Positions 49,743 through 60,142 of a DNA stretch of 64,000 nucleotides are shown piece by piece. Every line of letters starts with the position of its first letter. The first letter of the stretch is position 1. Made by a program: the position numbers and the translations under genes. This DNA is from an uncultured virus (IMG/VR IMGVR_UViG_3300032116_011488) (Duplodnaviria; Heunggongvirae; Uroviricota; Caudoviricetes): positions 1 to 64,000 of the IMG/VR virus record IMGVR_UViG_3300032116_011488; one strand, written 5' to 3'. Under the pieces are notes generated by a model. That model did not search any database and was not told the origin of the DNA. It worked only from the letters and a program-made list of their open reading frames with translations.

Positions 49743-51850
49743 ACTTATACAAAAAGAAATATCTATATGCGAATGGTTCTTCCGTGACTGCAGGTGGTGG
49801 GTTTGAACCAATAGAAAAAAGAACGGATGTACGGCCATTTTATGAACAAAAAGGAATCAAATTGCCCGATACACAAATTGAGTGTTCTTATCCTTATTTT
49901 ATCGCAAAAAAATTGAATCTTGAACTAATAAACGAAGCTAAAAGTGGTAGTGGTATCGATAGATTGATACGAACCACCCTAGATTGGATATTAGCTAATG
50001 AAGATATAGTAGACCAAACAATCTTTATATTAGAACCACAGGTTGGTATACGTCTAGATTGGTATGTTTTTGAATGGCAAGACTATGGTGTGTTGAACGC
50101 ACATAGGAATGGACAAGGAGAGTACCCGTTTACTCTGGTCAAAGAATATTTCGAAGACGATGTAGAGGAGCAAATCGACTGGAATCTAAAATATAAGTCA
50201 GCGATAGATGGATATTTCTCTAATTTTTATGATCCAGATGAGCAATATAAATCTGAGTTCAAGCGATTAATATTATTTTTGGAATTTTTAAACAGTAGAA
50301 AGATAGATTATCTTGTTTCAATGCCAAGTCATTTGGATTTTGGATTGTACGAACAGTTTAAAAAAGTTATTCCGAAAAAATGTAATCTATTTTATGCATT
50401 TAAAGAAGCAATAGCAAAAGCTTCTCCTAATGGTTGGGCAACAACCGGTCCTACTTGTGTATGGGAATATGCAAGATATTCTGAAATTTTAATATATAAT
50501 GAAACTGATAGTGAAGATAATCACATAGGTTACAAGGGAAATCAAATCGTAGCAGATATAATCACGGATTATATCAGATACAACAATTTCATCAAATATT
50601 ATTCTGACAAACATTCGTATAATTTAGATGGAAATATCTATGTAAAAAATTTATCAATAAAGTTTGATAGAGTAGAAAATGTTGAAGATGCAGATTTTAT
50701 ATATTTGGGTGATATGAACATATTCAATTATGAGCATGTACTCAGACATTCTGGTGTATTTCACAATATCGTAGGTTATAGTGACACATTCCAAAAAATG
50801 GAAGATTATGTAAAATCAGTTGATGAAACTTGGTCATGGTTGAGGGAAATCAATAAGAAGGGAAAAAGATTTTTTATAAAACTGTTTCATGAAAGAGTAT
50901 TTACAACAACATTTATACATTTTCTTGATTTTATGGAAAAAGAATATGGTATAAAATCTTCACAGATATGGTATCTGGACTGTAATATAACAGACTATCC
51001 ATGTACTAATACTGTACCGTTGGAATTAAAACTTAGATCATTTGCTGCGTTAGATGCCTCAGAGGGTATAGTGGATGTAGATGTTTTTAATAAACCGGAT
51101 GATAACTTTAGAAACAAAAAACTAATTTCGTTGAATAATAAAGTTACCTTTAATAGATTGTTGGTATTTGATAGAATATTAAAAGAATACAATGACCACA
51201 ATTTACTAAGAAAAGAGAACATAATTTCTATGAGAGAGGATGGTGGAGTAAATGTACCATCAAATGAACCTCTATTTTCTCGTAACTTGAAAAATGATAT
51301 ACGTAGGTATGCGGATATACAACTCCCATGGTATATTGATTCTTGGACCAGAGAAACACAACAAGTAAACGCAAGTGAAGTGTTATTGGATATTATAAAT
51401 TATCATAGACAATGCATATTTTCAATAACAAACGAAACGGAAAGACAATTATATTATGAATATGATATGACACGTGATTATGAACTGCTAAAAGAAATAC
51501 AGTTCAGTGAAAAATGTATAGTGCCTATACTTGGGGGAGTATTTCCGTTCATCATAACCGATGGATTATTTTATAGAAATATGGAAAAAATTGGATTTGA
51601 CTTTAGTTATCTTAAAAAGTTCTTTGACATAGATTATTTAACAAATACCTTAAGTCAAAATACAGAATCGGTTTCAAAAATAGCAAAGTTTGTAGCAAAC
51701 ACATCTATTGAAGAATTAAACAAATTTAGAAAAGAAAACTATCACTATATTAAACATAATAGAAAATTATTATTAGATATTATGATAGGTGATTGCGGAG
51801 AAACAGAATTGAAATTTTGGGAAAGGCTTAGTGGAAAAAGCCTACGATGA
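49739..51850 (+). CDS. Fusion of an SGNH-like domain and a GT10-like domain
   Basis: N-terminal ANGSSVTAGGG...NEAKSGSG...NHIG. C-terminal SLNNK..NR...SITNET...FSEKCIVP..FPFI..IGFD...HN. Confidence 0.55.
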   Translation: MNLYKKKYLYANGSSVTAGGGFEPIEKRTDVRPFYEQKGIKLPDTQIECSYPYFIAKKLNLELINEAKSGSGIDRLIRTTLDWILANEDIVDQTIFILEPQVGIRLDWYVFEWQDYGVLNAHRNGQGEYPFTLVKEYFEDDVEEQIDWNLKYKSAIDGYFSNFYDPDEQYKSEFKRLILFLEFLNSRKIDYLVSMPSHLDFGLYEQFKKVIPKKCNLFYAFKEAIAKASPNGWATTGPTCVWEYARYSEILIYNETDSEDNHIGYKGNQIVADIITDYIRYNNFIKYYSDKHSYNLDGNIYVKNLSIKFDRVENVEDADFIYLGDMNIFNYEHVLRHSGVFHNIVGYSDTFQKMEDYVKSVDETWSWLREINKKGKRFFIKLFHERVFTTTFIHFLDFMEKEYGIKSSQIWYLDCNITDYPCTNTVPLELKLRSFAALDASEGIVDVDVFNKPDDNFRNKKLISLNNKVTFNRLLVFDRILKEYNDHNLLRKENIISMREDGGVNVPSNEPLFSRNLKNDIRRYADIQLPWYIDSWTRETQQVNASEVLLDIINYHRQCIFSITNETERQLYYEYDMTRDYELLKEIQFSEKCIVPILGGVFPFIITDGLFYRNMEKIGFDFSYLKKFFDIDYLTNTLSQNTESVSKIAKFVANTSIEELNKFRKENYHYIKHNRKLLLDIMIGDCGETELKFWERLSGKSLR

Positions 51851-51851
51851 T

Positions 51852-52565
51852 ATGAAAGTACTATATTCCAATGGAGATTCCGTTATCTGGGGAGCAGAAT
51901 TAGAAAACAAAACAGAGGAAAGATTTTCAAAGTTATTAGCAGATAAGTTGAAAATGGTTGATTGCAACAATGCTTCTGCTGGGGTGTCAAACGACTATAT
52001 CTACCGACAAACGATGAGAGATGTCTCTCATTGGTTAGACACTAAACAAATATGGAGTGAAGAATCTGATTGGGTCAGCGCAGATGAAATCCTTATAATT
52101 ATTGGGTGGACCTCCCCTACCAGATTTGAATGGTGGAACGGACAACAATACATTCAAGAAAGATTGTGGACAGGATATGATAAGTGGGGCAATCCAGACT
52201 TACATAGAACTACAGAAGATGAGTTCGTATTGCATCAAACAGAACTTATTCCATCTTATATACGAACGCTAAACCATATTAATGCTTTACATGCATTTCT
52301 TACAGTAAATACAATTCCTCATTATTTTTTCAATGTGTTCTATGAATATGAAGACTTATACGAACCAACGGATAAAATAGACACTTTTGGTAGAAAAAAT
52401 TACCAATTATCGACAAATTCTTTGTTAAAACTCACTCCAAACTCGTTTAGAAGCAAGACGATGTATAATTATATAAAGGAGAACGGGGGTGGATTTTTAC
52501 CTAGAAATCACCCCGATAAACTGTCCCACAAGTTATGGGCGGAGTTTTTATTTAAGGAGGTTTGA
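51852..52565 (+). CDS. SGNH/GDSL-like protein
   Basis: SNGDSVIWG, NNASAGVSND, IGWTSPTR, NHPDKLSHKLWA. Start is at 51852 (ATG) or 51831 (GTG). Confidence 0.65.
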   Translation: MKVLYSNGDSVIWGAELENKTEERFSKLLADKLKMVDCNNASAGVSNDYIYRQTMRDVSHWLDTKQIWSEESDWVSADEILIIIGWTSPTRFEWWNGQQYIQERLWTGYDKWGNPDLHRTTEDEFVLHQTELIPSYIRTLNHINALHAFLTVNTIPHYFFNVFYEYEDLYEPTDKIDTFGRKNYQLSTNSLLKLTPNSFRSKTMYNYIKENGGGFLPRNHPDKLSHKLWAEFLFKEV

Positions 52566-54196
52566 TGTACATAATTGGAATATCGTGTTTCTATCACGAT
52601 TCGTCTATTTGTTTGTTCAAGGATGGTGAATTGGTTTTTGCGTGTGAAGAAGAAAGGTTTACTGGCAAAAAACACGATTCGTCGTTCCCCCACAACGGAT
52701 TGCGTTACATATTAGACACGTACAAGATACGTTTAGATGAAATAGAAAAGTTTTGCTTCTACGAAACCCCAGCACTAAAGCTGGGCAGAATAGTCAAAAA
52801 CTACATCCGACATCCTATTTCGTCGTTTTCATTTACTAAACAATCCTTGATAAACTGGTATAAGAATGCCCAAACTCTACGAAAAGAGGTTGGGAATAAT
52901 GTCTATTACCAGCCACATCATCATTCCCATCTATATTATTCGTACTATACATCTATGTTCAAAGATGCAGTAGTTGTATCGGTCGATGGTGTGGGGGAAA
53001 CAGATACCGCAACCGTAGCGATTGTCAAAGACGGTAAATTTACATTCAAACCACTAATGAAATACCCACAGTCATTGGGACTATTTTACTCTGCGATGAC
53101 TTCGTTCTTAGGGTTCAAACCCAACAACGGCGAATATAAGTTGATGGGGCTAGCTGGGTTTGGTAATCCTCACATATACTACGACAGAGTTAGTAGTTTA
53201 AGTATGAAACACTTTGTATGGGACAAGTCTAATGAAGTAATGTTCAATGAGAACTTATCAAAGGAATTAGGAATCCCAAATAGACTCCCAGAAGAAGAAA
53301 TATTACAAGTCCATAAAGATATTGCCGCAGCAACTCAACTGGTATACGAACATAATTTGTTCTCGTTGTTAGACCAAGTAGCCAAAGAAACCGATATCAG
53401 AAACTTGTGCCTCGGTGGTGGATGTGCATACAACGGGGTGGCTAACGGTAAAATAAAGAACATCACTCCGTTTACAGAATTATGGATACCACCCGCTCCA
53501 TCTGATGCTGGGTCGTCTGTTGGTGCCGTACTAGGATATTTACGACACCAAAATGGATTTGAACATCGGGTAAAAGAAACCCCGTTCCTAGGACCAGAAT
53601 ATTCTGACGAAGATATTATCAACCAACTACCAGGAGTAAAGCTAAAGAAAGTCAGTGATAGTAAATTATACGAACTGGTTTCCCAAGAATTACAGAAGGG
53701 GAAAGTAGTTGGGTGGCTCAGAGGTAAGTCTGAATTCGGTGCAAGAGCATTAGGGCATCGGTCAATCCTAGCAAACCCATTCATCGATGGAACCAGAGAT
53801 AAGGTAAACAGTATCATTAAGAAGAGAGAAGGGTTTCGTCCGTTTGCACCTATGGTCCGCTATGATATTCAATCTGAATATTTTCACGAAGAGGACTATG
53901 TTCCGTATATGAACCAAGTGGTTAATGTCAAGGAAGAACATCGAAACTTATTGAAAGAAGTGTCAAATGTCGATGGTACGGCTAGAATACAGAGTGTGAA
54001 ACGGGCTGAGAACCCTACCATCCATAAGTTACTTACGAAGTTCTCAGAAGTATCGGGTAATCCACCCATCCTATTGAATACATCATTTAATGTTCGGGGT
54101 CAAACGATGGTCTTGACACCACGCATGGCATATGATACATTTATAAGTACCGATATTGGCGTACTAGTATTAAATAATTTTATTATAATAAAGTGA
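52565..54196 (+). CDS. O-carbamoyltransferase (NodU/CmcH/TobZ family)
   Basis: YHDSS, EEERF, HHHSH, DGVGE, GEYKLMGLA, GGCAYN, PSDAG, EFGARALGHRSIL, REGFRPFAP, LLNTSFN. Confidence 0.93.
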   Translation: MYIIGISCFYHDSSICLFKDGELVFACEEERFTGKKHDSSFPHNGLRYILDTYKIRLDEIEKFCFYETPALKLGRIVKNYIRHPISSFSFTKQSLINWYKNAQTLRKEVGNNVYYQPHHHSHLYYSYYTSMFKDAVVVSVDGVGETDTATVAIVKDGKFTFKPLMKYPQSLGLFYSAMTSFLGFKPNNGEYKLMGLAGFGNPHIYYDRVSSLSMKHFVWDKSNEVMFNENLSKELGIPNRLPEEEILQVHKDIAAATQLVYEHNLFSLLDQVAKETDIRNLCLGGGCAYNGVANGKIKNITPFTELWIPPAPSDAGSSVGAVLGYLRHQNGFEHRVKETPFLGPEYSDEDIINQLPGVKLKKVSDSKLYELVSQELQKGKVVGWLRGKSEFGARALGHRSILANPFIDGTRDKVNSIIKKREGFRPFAPMVRYDIQSEYFHEEDYVPYMNQVVNVKEEHRNLLKEVSNVDGTARIQSVKRAENPTIHKLLTKFSEVSGNPPILLNTSFNVRGQTMVLTPRMAYDTFISTDIGVLVLNNFIIIK

Positions 54197-54205
54197 GGAA
54201 GTGTT

Positions 54206-54610
54206 ATGAGTGAAAGAAAGTATTTGCCCACCTTAGCAGAGCTTGTGGATAGACTATCTATTTCGCAGCTGAAAGAAGTATTCATCCCACAACATAAGGG
54301 TGAGTATTCACAAGAAATTAAAGATATTGTTCACGATATTCAACTAGTACTGGACGAACAGCAAGGTGCGATTACCGCCGAAACTATTCGTGCTATTGTA
54401 GTATTGGCACAGATGAATCTACACATTTGGCATAACGAATCAAACTATCGTAAGGGTATCAAGGAGGGTAACAATCTTGAACTTACCCACGGTATCAATG
54501 GTATTCGTAACACCGCCAAGAACAAGATTCAAGAAATCGTTGGTGGTCGGAAGGACTACAAGATTGATTGTTTAGCGGCTGAATTTAAAGATTGGGAAAT
54601 TAGCTGGTAA
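54206..54610 (+). CDS. Hypothetical helical protein (possibly DUF6165-like)
   Basis: TLAELVDRLSISQLKE...IWHNE...NGIRN..KNKI. SD GAGG. Confidence 0.55.
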   Translation: MSERKYLPTLAELVDRLSISQLKEVFIPQHKGEYSQEIKDIVHDIQLVLDEQQGAITAETIRAIVVLAQMNLHIWHNESNYRKGIKEGNNLELTHGINGIRNTAKNKIQEIVGGRKDYKIDCLAAEFKDWEISW

Positions 54611-54611
54611 C

Positions 54612-55568
54612 ATGAAGAAATATAAATATTTGGTAGTGTGTGGATGTTCGTTATCATACGGTCAGCACTGTCCTGCCAATCAAACTTATGCGAAATTATT
54701 AGCAGATAAGTTAGGACTGACACTAATAAATTTGTCTACTCCAGCTACTGGTTGGTACTCGGTGGAAACAAATATAACATCATTTATACAAAATAACAAA
54801 AGTATACTTGATGAATGTTTTTTCATACTACAAAAATCAATGTTGGATAGGCGAGTGAACTACGAAGAGGTTTCTACATGTAGAACAGATGTGTGGGAAA
54901 AATGGAACATAAAGTATATGTCACCTATCAATGTGTTATTTCATGGATTTAATGATTGGTATACATATTTTGGACAAGACAAAGCAAGGATATATACTAC
55001 CAAAGATGTATCTATGTCTGAATTAGCAATATCAATTTTTCCAGAGCATAAGCGTTCTATAGACCGACATAATCAAGGTTCATTTTACTGGAAATTGCAA
55101 GAAGGCATGTTAGATGTACAAGCAGTTTTTGAGGAAATCATGTTACATTGGGCTATGCGAATAAATTCGTTTCACTTGTTCCTTAAAAATTTAAATCTTG
55201 ACCATATAATTGTTGATGGGTATTCTCCATTTTTGTCATATAAATTAAATTTTACAAATTATTATGATACCGACGATGATTACGAAATGGTAAAAAGATT
55301 CTGGTCAACCCAACCAACCACCACTCACGCAAATACTGACTTTATTTTTGATTTTAAAAATATAAAAGCAGGATGGATATTTGATTCTATAGATACAAAA
55401 TATAAGATAGATGACGTAGTACTTTGGGGATTGTATTTATTCAAGCAAATAGGAACAGCTTGGAATATCGATGGAGGTCATGCTGGACCGCTGGGCATGC
55501 AACTGATAGCAAATACGATATATAAGAATCTATTGAATAAAGGTTGGTTTTTGCCGGAGAATACATGA
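54612..55568 (+). CDS. SGNH/GDSL-like protein
   Basis: VCGCSLSYG, NLSTPATG, GGHAGPLG. Confidence 0.6.
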   Translation: MKKYKYLVVCGCSLSYGQHCPANQTYAKLLADKLGLTLINLSTPATGWYSVETNITSFIQNNKSILDECFFILQKSMLDRRVNYEEVSTCRTDVWEKWNIKYMSPINVLFHGFNDWYTYFGQDKARIYTTKDVSMSELAISIFPEHKRSIDRHNQGSFYWKLQEGMLDVQAVFEEIMLHWAMRINSFHLFLKNLNLDHIIVDGYSPFLSYKLNFTNYYDTDDDYEMVKRFWSTQPTTTHANTDFIFDFKNIKAGWIFDSIDTKYKIDDVVLWGLYLFKQIGTAWNIDGGHAGPLGMQLIANTIYKNLLNKGWFLPENT

Positions 55569-56290
55569 AGAAAAAATTATTAATAGGAGGATGTTCCTTC
55601 TCACAGTATCAAGGCCCTCCAACAGAAAGTCGTAAACCAAAATGGAAGCCGTGGACGGATTTTTTGATGGACGAATTTGAAGAAAAATTTAAAATCATAA
55701 ACCGTGCGCAGAGTTCATTTGGCCAAGGTATGATTGCGCAATCTATTGTCGAAGAATTAATAAGATACAATTTTGAAGTTGATTATGTAATAATACAATG
55801 GTCAGCTATAGGTAGGTCTTATTCATTGAATAAAAAAGATTTCATCGATAGAGTAGTTCAGCATGGAGAATTACAATTCGCACCACATATGGAGGAGTAC
55901 GTTACTGGTAAGCCAGAAGGGCAGGTAACAGGTAACAATCCTCTTATGGATGTGATAAATGAAACTTCTTCACATTTTTATACAGCATCTCTAATAAAAA
56001 TATTGATGACGAAGGCACTATTGGAAAACAAAAAGATTCCATACATAATGTTCTGGGGATGGCAGCAAATTACTACGGAAATTGAATACGAAAATAAAAA
56101 GATAATAGATTCAATTTATGATGAAAATTTTTGGAGATTTAATGATAATGGTGGAATGAACGAGTACATAGTATCTAATTTAGGAAAAGAGATAGGATTG
56201 GTGGGTAAAGGTGATTTTCATCCATCTACCACTGGGCAAAAGTTTTTTTATGATAATATAGTTAAGTCTTGGAAGTTTTTATGGGAGTAA
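55565..56290 (+). CDS. SGNH/GDSL-like protein
   Basis: IGGCSFS, NRAQSSFGQ, IQWS, DFHPSTTG. Confidence 0.6.
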   Translation: MKKKLLIGGCSFSQYQGPPTESRKPKWKPWTDFLMDEFEEKFKIINRAQSSFGQGMIAQSIVEELIRYNFEVDYVIIQWSAIGRSYSLNKKDFIDRVVQHGELQFAPHMEEYVTGKPEGQVTGNNPLMDVINETSSHFYTASLIKILMTKALLENKKIPYIMFWGWQQITTEIEYENKKIIDSIYDENFWRFNDNGGMNEYIVSNLGKEIGLVGKGDFHPSTTGQKFFYDNIVKSWKFLWE

Positions 56291-56490
56291 TAGAAACTAA
56301 GAAAAGAACTATGTTTAAAACTATTAGTTGGAGATTGGTTGCGATATTAAATTCATTTTTAATTTTAACTATGAACCTAACTACAAACAATTTACTCAAT
56401 GCGATATACATGAATATTACTGGGTTTTTTGTTTTCTATTTTTTTGAAAGAGTTTGGGCCAATATACAATATGGGAGATACATAGAGTGA
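56281..56490 (+). CDS. DUF2061-like small membrane protein
   Basis: ETKKRTMFKTISWR...YFFERVWANIQYG. Confidence 0.7.
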   Translation: MGVIETKKRTMFKTISWRLVAILNSFLILTMNLTTNNLLNAIYMNITGFFVFYFFERVWANIQYGRYIE

Positions 56491-57686
56491 TATATGTTTT
56501 GGATATAGATGGTTGGCCGTTCGATTCACAGTGGCCCAGTAATAAGGAACCATTTCAATATGTAACATTAGAATACTTTATTAAAGATTTTTTGTTTAAA
56601 GGGAAACAAATTGCGGTACATAAAATAGAAGGCAATAACAAAATTTCCCCAGAGGCTGTAGATAAAATACTGACAGAAAATACAGATATTAAAGTATTTG
56701 CCTGTAATTTAGATGCATTTGAAGACAAGCAGTCATTATTATTATATGATGAACAACTTTGTCAAAAATATCCGAACGTATTTTTTATATTTTTTTACCA
56801 CGAATTAGATTTTACATTTTTAGTAGACTCGACTAGCAAAGGTATAAAAAATATAAGTTATGTCGTTAATTCGTTCACTACAAATGATTATGAAGAACTT
56901 AATAAAAAGATATTTCCATACTATGTTATAAATTCCTACCTACAGAAAAATTATGAATCGATGTACAGAATGTACCATCCGAACTATAATCTAAGAAAAA
57001 TTAAGAAATTTAATTTTCTAAATGGCATACATAAACCGCATAGATTAGCTGCGTACGAATTGATAAAAACGCATAATATGTTAGATGATGGTTTCTTTTC
57101 TTATTTAGATTACACAAAATTTTTAAAGAATGACCAACACAAAGAAACAACAGCTAACTGGTTGGACATAACCATAGAAGAACTAGAAACCAGATTATCT
57201 AACCTTGAAGTTCCTTATTTGTTAGAAACATACGAACCAAAGAACCAACCTGGGGTATTTGCTGCACCGTTCTTAATTCCCTTTATATATTCTTGGCAAA
57301 GTTATATTTCGATTACATCTGAAACAAATTATATAGAACGTACAAACGTGGTATCCTTATCAGAAAAATCATTTAAAGCATTCGCTGGGTTTAATATTCC
57401 ATTGATATATGGACAACCCAATCTAGTTGAATATTTAAAAAAGTTAGGATTTGATATGTTCGATGATTTATTTGATAACACTGTTGTAAACAGCAAAGCA
57501 GAAACATTAAGTAAACTGGATAGAAATTTACAAGTTATTAAAAATATGTCGTTAGAAGAATTACACAATTTCTATGTAAAAAATTACAATAGGGTACAAA
57601 ATAATTTTTATAATCTAATTTACAAAATAAAAGATAGACACTTTAACCAAATTCAACAAAATGTTAATGAAATATTCAATAAGTGA
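56487..57686 (+). CDS. GT10-like putative glycosyltransferase, paralog
   Basis: GTG start in a GTGA overlap. FNFLNG..KPHR...SITSET...LSEKSFK..PLIYG..LKKLGFDMFDD. Confidence 0.55.
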   Translation: MIYVLDIDGWPFDSQWPSNKEPFQYVTLEYFIKDFLFKGKQIAVHKIEGNNKISPEAVDKILTENTDIKVFACNLDAFEDKQSLLLYDEQLCQKYPNVFFIFFYHELDFTFLVDSTSKGIKNISYVVNSFTTNDYEELNKKIFPYYVINSYLQKNYESMYRMYHPNYNLRKIKKFNFLNGIHKPHRLAAYELIKTHNMLDDGFFSYLDYTKFLKNDQHKETTANWLDITIEELETRLSNLEVPYLLETYEPKNQPGVFAAPFLIPFIYSWQSYISITSETNYIERTNVVSLSEKSFKAFAGFNIPLIYGQPNLVEYLKKLGFDMFDDLFDNTVVNSKAETLSKLDRNLQVIKNMSLEELHNFYVKNYNRVQNNFYNLIYKIKDRHFNQIQQNVNEIFNK

Positions 57687-58293
57687 TTCGTGGGACTGGG
57701 TTACACATTTTGAAAATACTATAGCAGAGTATTGTGGGTCACGGTATGCAGTTGCGTGTGATTCCAACACCAATGCAATACGACTTGTATTACACTATCT
57801 GGGTATACAAAATCAACGCATACATATTCCGGCGAGAACATATGTGTCTGTACCGAACCAAATTATACTATCAGGAAATACACCAGTATTCGTAGATATT
57901 GATTGGCAAGGGTTGTACAATATTGGAAATACTTCTATTGTTGATGCGGCTACCGCATTTTATAAGGGAATGTACCAAGAAAAGTATACCATATTATCTT
58001 TTCATCTTAAGAAAATTTTGAACATCGGAACGGGTGGTATGATTCTGACCAACGATAAAGAGTTTGAACAATGGGCACGCCCTATGATTTATGATGGTAG
58101 ACATAAGAACAAAATGTACGTTGATGACCAATTTGAGTGTGTAGGTTGGCATATGTATATGACTCCAGAACAAGCCAAGCGTGGATTAGAAATATTTCAT
58201 TCCGACAAAATTAAAGATTGGAACTCTCCGTGTGGTGGAAGTTGGTTATACAAAGATTTACGAGAACAAAATGTTTTTAAGAGTTACGTATGA
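57667..58293 (+). CDS. DegT/DnrJ/EryC1/StrS PLP aminotransferase (short form)
   Basis: FENTIAEYCGSRYAVACDSNTNA, IPARTYVSV, VDAA, SFHLKK (PLP Lys), GGMILT. Confidence 0.8.
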   Translation: MKYSISDSWDWVTHFENTIAEYCGSRYAVACDSNTNAIRLVLHYLGIQNQRIHIPARTYVSVPNQIILSGNTPVFVDIDWQGLYNIGNTSIVDAATAFYKGMYQEKYTILSFHLKKILNIGTGGMILTNDKEFEQWARPMIYDGRHKNKMYVDDQFECVGWHMYMTPEQAKRGLEIFHSDKIKDWNSPCGGSWLYKDLREQNVFKSYV

Positions 58294-58637
58294 CAAATTT
58301 AGTTTATTTTTTCTATTCTCTGGGATTATTTATTTTAGGTTCATTTGGTCACTGGTATATTATGTATTGGCAATTTAAGAATCCTAATTGGATTAAAATG
58401 CCGACGCCATACATACTAGCAGCAGCGTCCGCATTTTTCTGGATTTCCGCATCTCATTACGGGGTTAAAGCATTCAACGGTGAGATGTGGTCAAACAGAT
58501 TTTTGTTTTTCGTTACTGGTATAATGGTAGCAGCAATACTTTATCCTTATCATTTTAATCAACCATTTACAGGAAAGACGTTTGTACAACTACTTCTTTC
58601 ACTAACCATAATTCTTGTAAGTTTACTTTGGAAATAA
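58290..58637 (+). CDS. Small integral membrane protein
   Basis: 115 aa with about four hydrophobic segments. Confidence 0.65.
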   Translation: MTNLVYFFYSLGLFILGSFGHWYIMYWQFKNPNWIKMPTPYILAAASAFFWISASHYGVKAFNGEMWSNRFLFFVTGIMVAAILYPYHFNQPFTGKTFVQLLLSLTIILVSLLWK

Positions 58638-58638
58638 T

Positions 58639-59343
58639 ATGAAACAAAAACTATTTCATTATGGGTGTTCGTTCACAGAAAACATTCGTTCATTTAAACT
58701 ACATAACTTGTTTACGGACAAGTATGATTATCATAATCACGGTTTAGCTAGTTCCGGTAACGGATTGATTTTTGATACTTTTAAGAAAACCGCAGAATCA
58801 GATTCTATAGCTATTTTACAGTGGTCATCTCTTACTCGTCCTCGGGATGAAAATTATAAAATATTAGAAACGTCTGATAATCCATTGTATGATTATTTGG
58901 AAGAATGGTATGGTACCTTATCCGAAGCAAGAGAATTTTCCAATAAAAATAATATAAAACTAGTACAGTATATTGGATGGGCTGAGTGGAAGGACTCTGA
59001 GTTAAACGATTATCATAGAAATAAACTTCAATCGTTTGGTATACATTGGTTTAAGTCTAAAAAGCAGTGGGACATAATTGCATCAAATTGTTTTCAATTT
59101 GAGGATCCTTACGAATGGAGTTCTCCTCCCAGACAGTTACCAGATGGAGAATATTTCCTTTGGTCAGATATAGAATGGGGCGGCATGAGTGAATGGATTA
59201 GATCAAATATAGAGATACACGATAGATATAGGGGATGGACGGATGACACAGTTGCGGGAACCACATATTATGACCCGCACCCATCGGAGTATGCTAGTAT
59301 TCAGTTTATAAAGGAATTTTTATTAAAAACATTGGAAATGTAA
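58639..59343 (+). CDS. SGNH/GDSL-like protein
   Basis: HYGCSFT, NHGLASSGN, LQWS, DPHPS. Confidence 0.6.
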   Translation: MKQKLFHYGCSFTENIRSFKLHNLFTDKYDYHNHGLASSGNGLIFDTFKKTAESDSIAILQWSSLTRPRDENYKILETSDNPLYDYLEEWYGTLSEAREFSNKNNIKLVQYIGWAEWKDSELNDYHRNKLQSFGIHWFKSKKQWDIIASNCFQFEDPYEWSSPPRQLPDGEYFLWSDIEWGGMSEWIRSNIEIHDRYRGWTDDTVAGTTYYDPHPSEYASIQFIKEFLLKTLEM

Positions 59344-59344
59344 G

Positions 59345-60142
59345 ATGAAAACTATACTTTCTATTGGTTGTTCTTATGCTCTTGATTTAAATCAACACTA
59401 TAAAAAAACTAGTACGCTTAGATTTTCATATGATGGTGCCTCGATAGAAACAATACTGGAAATGGTTAAGTATTTAGAAAGTACGGAAGAGCACTCAACT
59501 GAAAATTGGGTTGTGGGTATAACTCAAATAGGTAGATTGAATAAACAAATTCCAAAAGGATTAGAATGGCAATCTCCAACATTAATAAAACCTAGAAATT
59601 TATTTTTCGACAAAGACCATAAATGGTGTTTTTTCTCGGAAGGACAAGAAGAAAAAGAAATGTCCTCTAATTTTTCATCAGAGTGGTGGAAAACCGAACA
59701 TATCTCACACGTTTCCAAGCCAATAGAAGAACACATTAGAAATTATCTGAATGCTATTGTTGAAATACAAAATATTTTGAAAGATAAAAAATTTGTAATG
59801 TTTTTGATGAATAATACATTAGATGGTTGGGTTTATAAAAAAGATGGTAGATTATCACATATATATTCTGAATATAAAGGTTTCGACATACCAGAATTTA
59901 ATGACACATTCACATTAGAAAAGATATGTCCCAGAGAGTGGTCTAATATAGATTTTAGTAAATTTTGTTTGTATGAACACATGCAAAGTAAGTTTGGTGG
60001 GCTTGATGAATACACTATACACAAGTATGGAGTAAATCATTTTGGTACGTATCAATCGGCGGATAAAAATGTATTTGGACAACATCCTATACACGAAGCA
60101 CAATGGAATTTTTTCAATGAGGTCATAAAACACAGATTATGA
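59345..60142 (+). CDS. SGNH/GDSL-like protein
   Basis: SIGCSYA, GASI, GITQIGR, GQHPI. Confidence 0.55.
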   Translation: MKTILSIGCSYALDLNQHYKKTSTLRFSYDGASIETILEMVKYLESTEEHSTENWVVGITQIGRLNKQIPKGLEWQSPTLIKPRNLFFDKDHKWCFFSEGQEEKEMSSNFSSEWWKTEHISHVSKPIEEHIRNYLNAIVEIQNILKDKKFVMFLMNNTLDGWVYKKDGRLSHIYSEYKGFDIPEFNDTFTLEKICPREWSNIDFSKFCLYEHMQSKFGGLDEYTIHKYGVNHFGTYQSADKNVFGQHPIHEAQWNFFNEVIKHRL

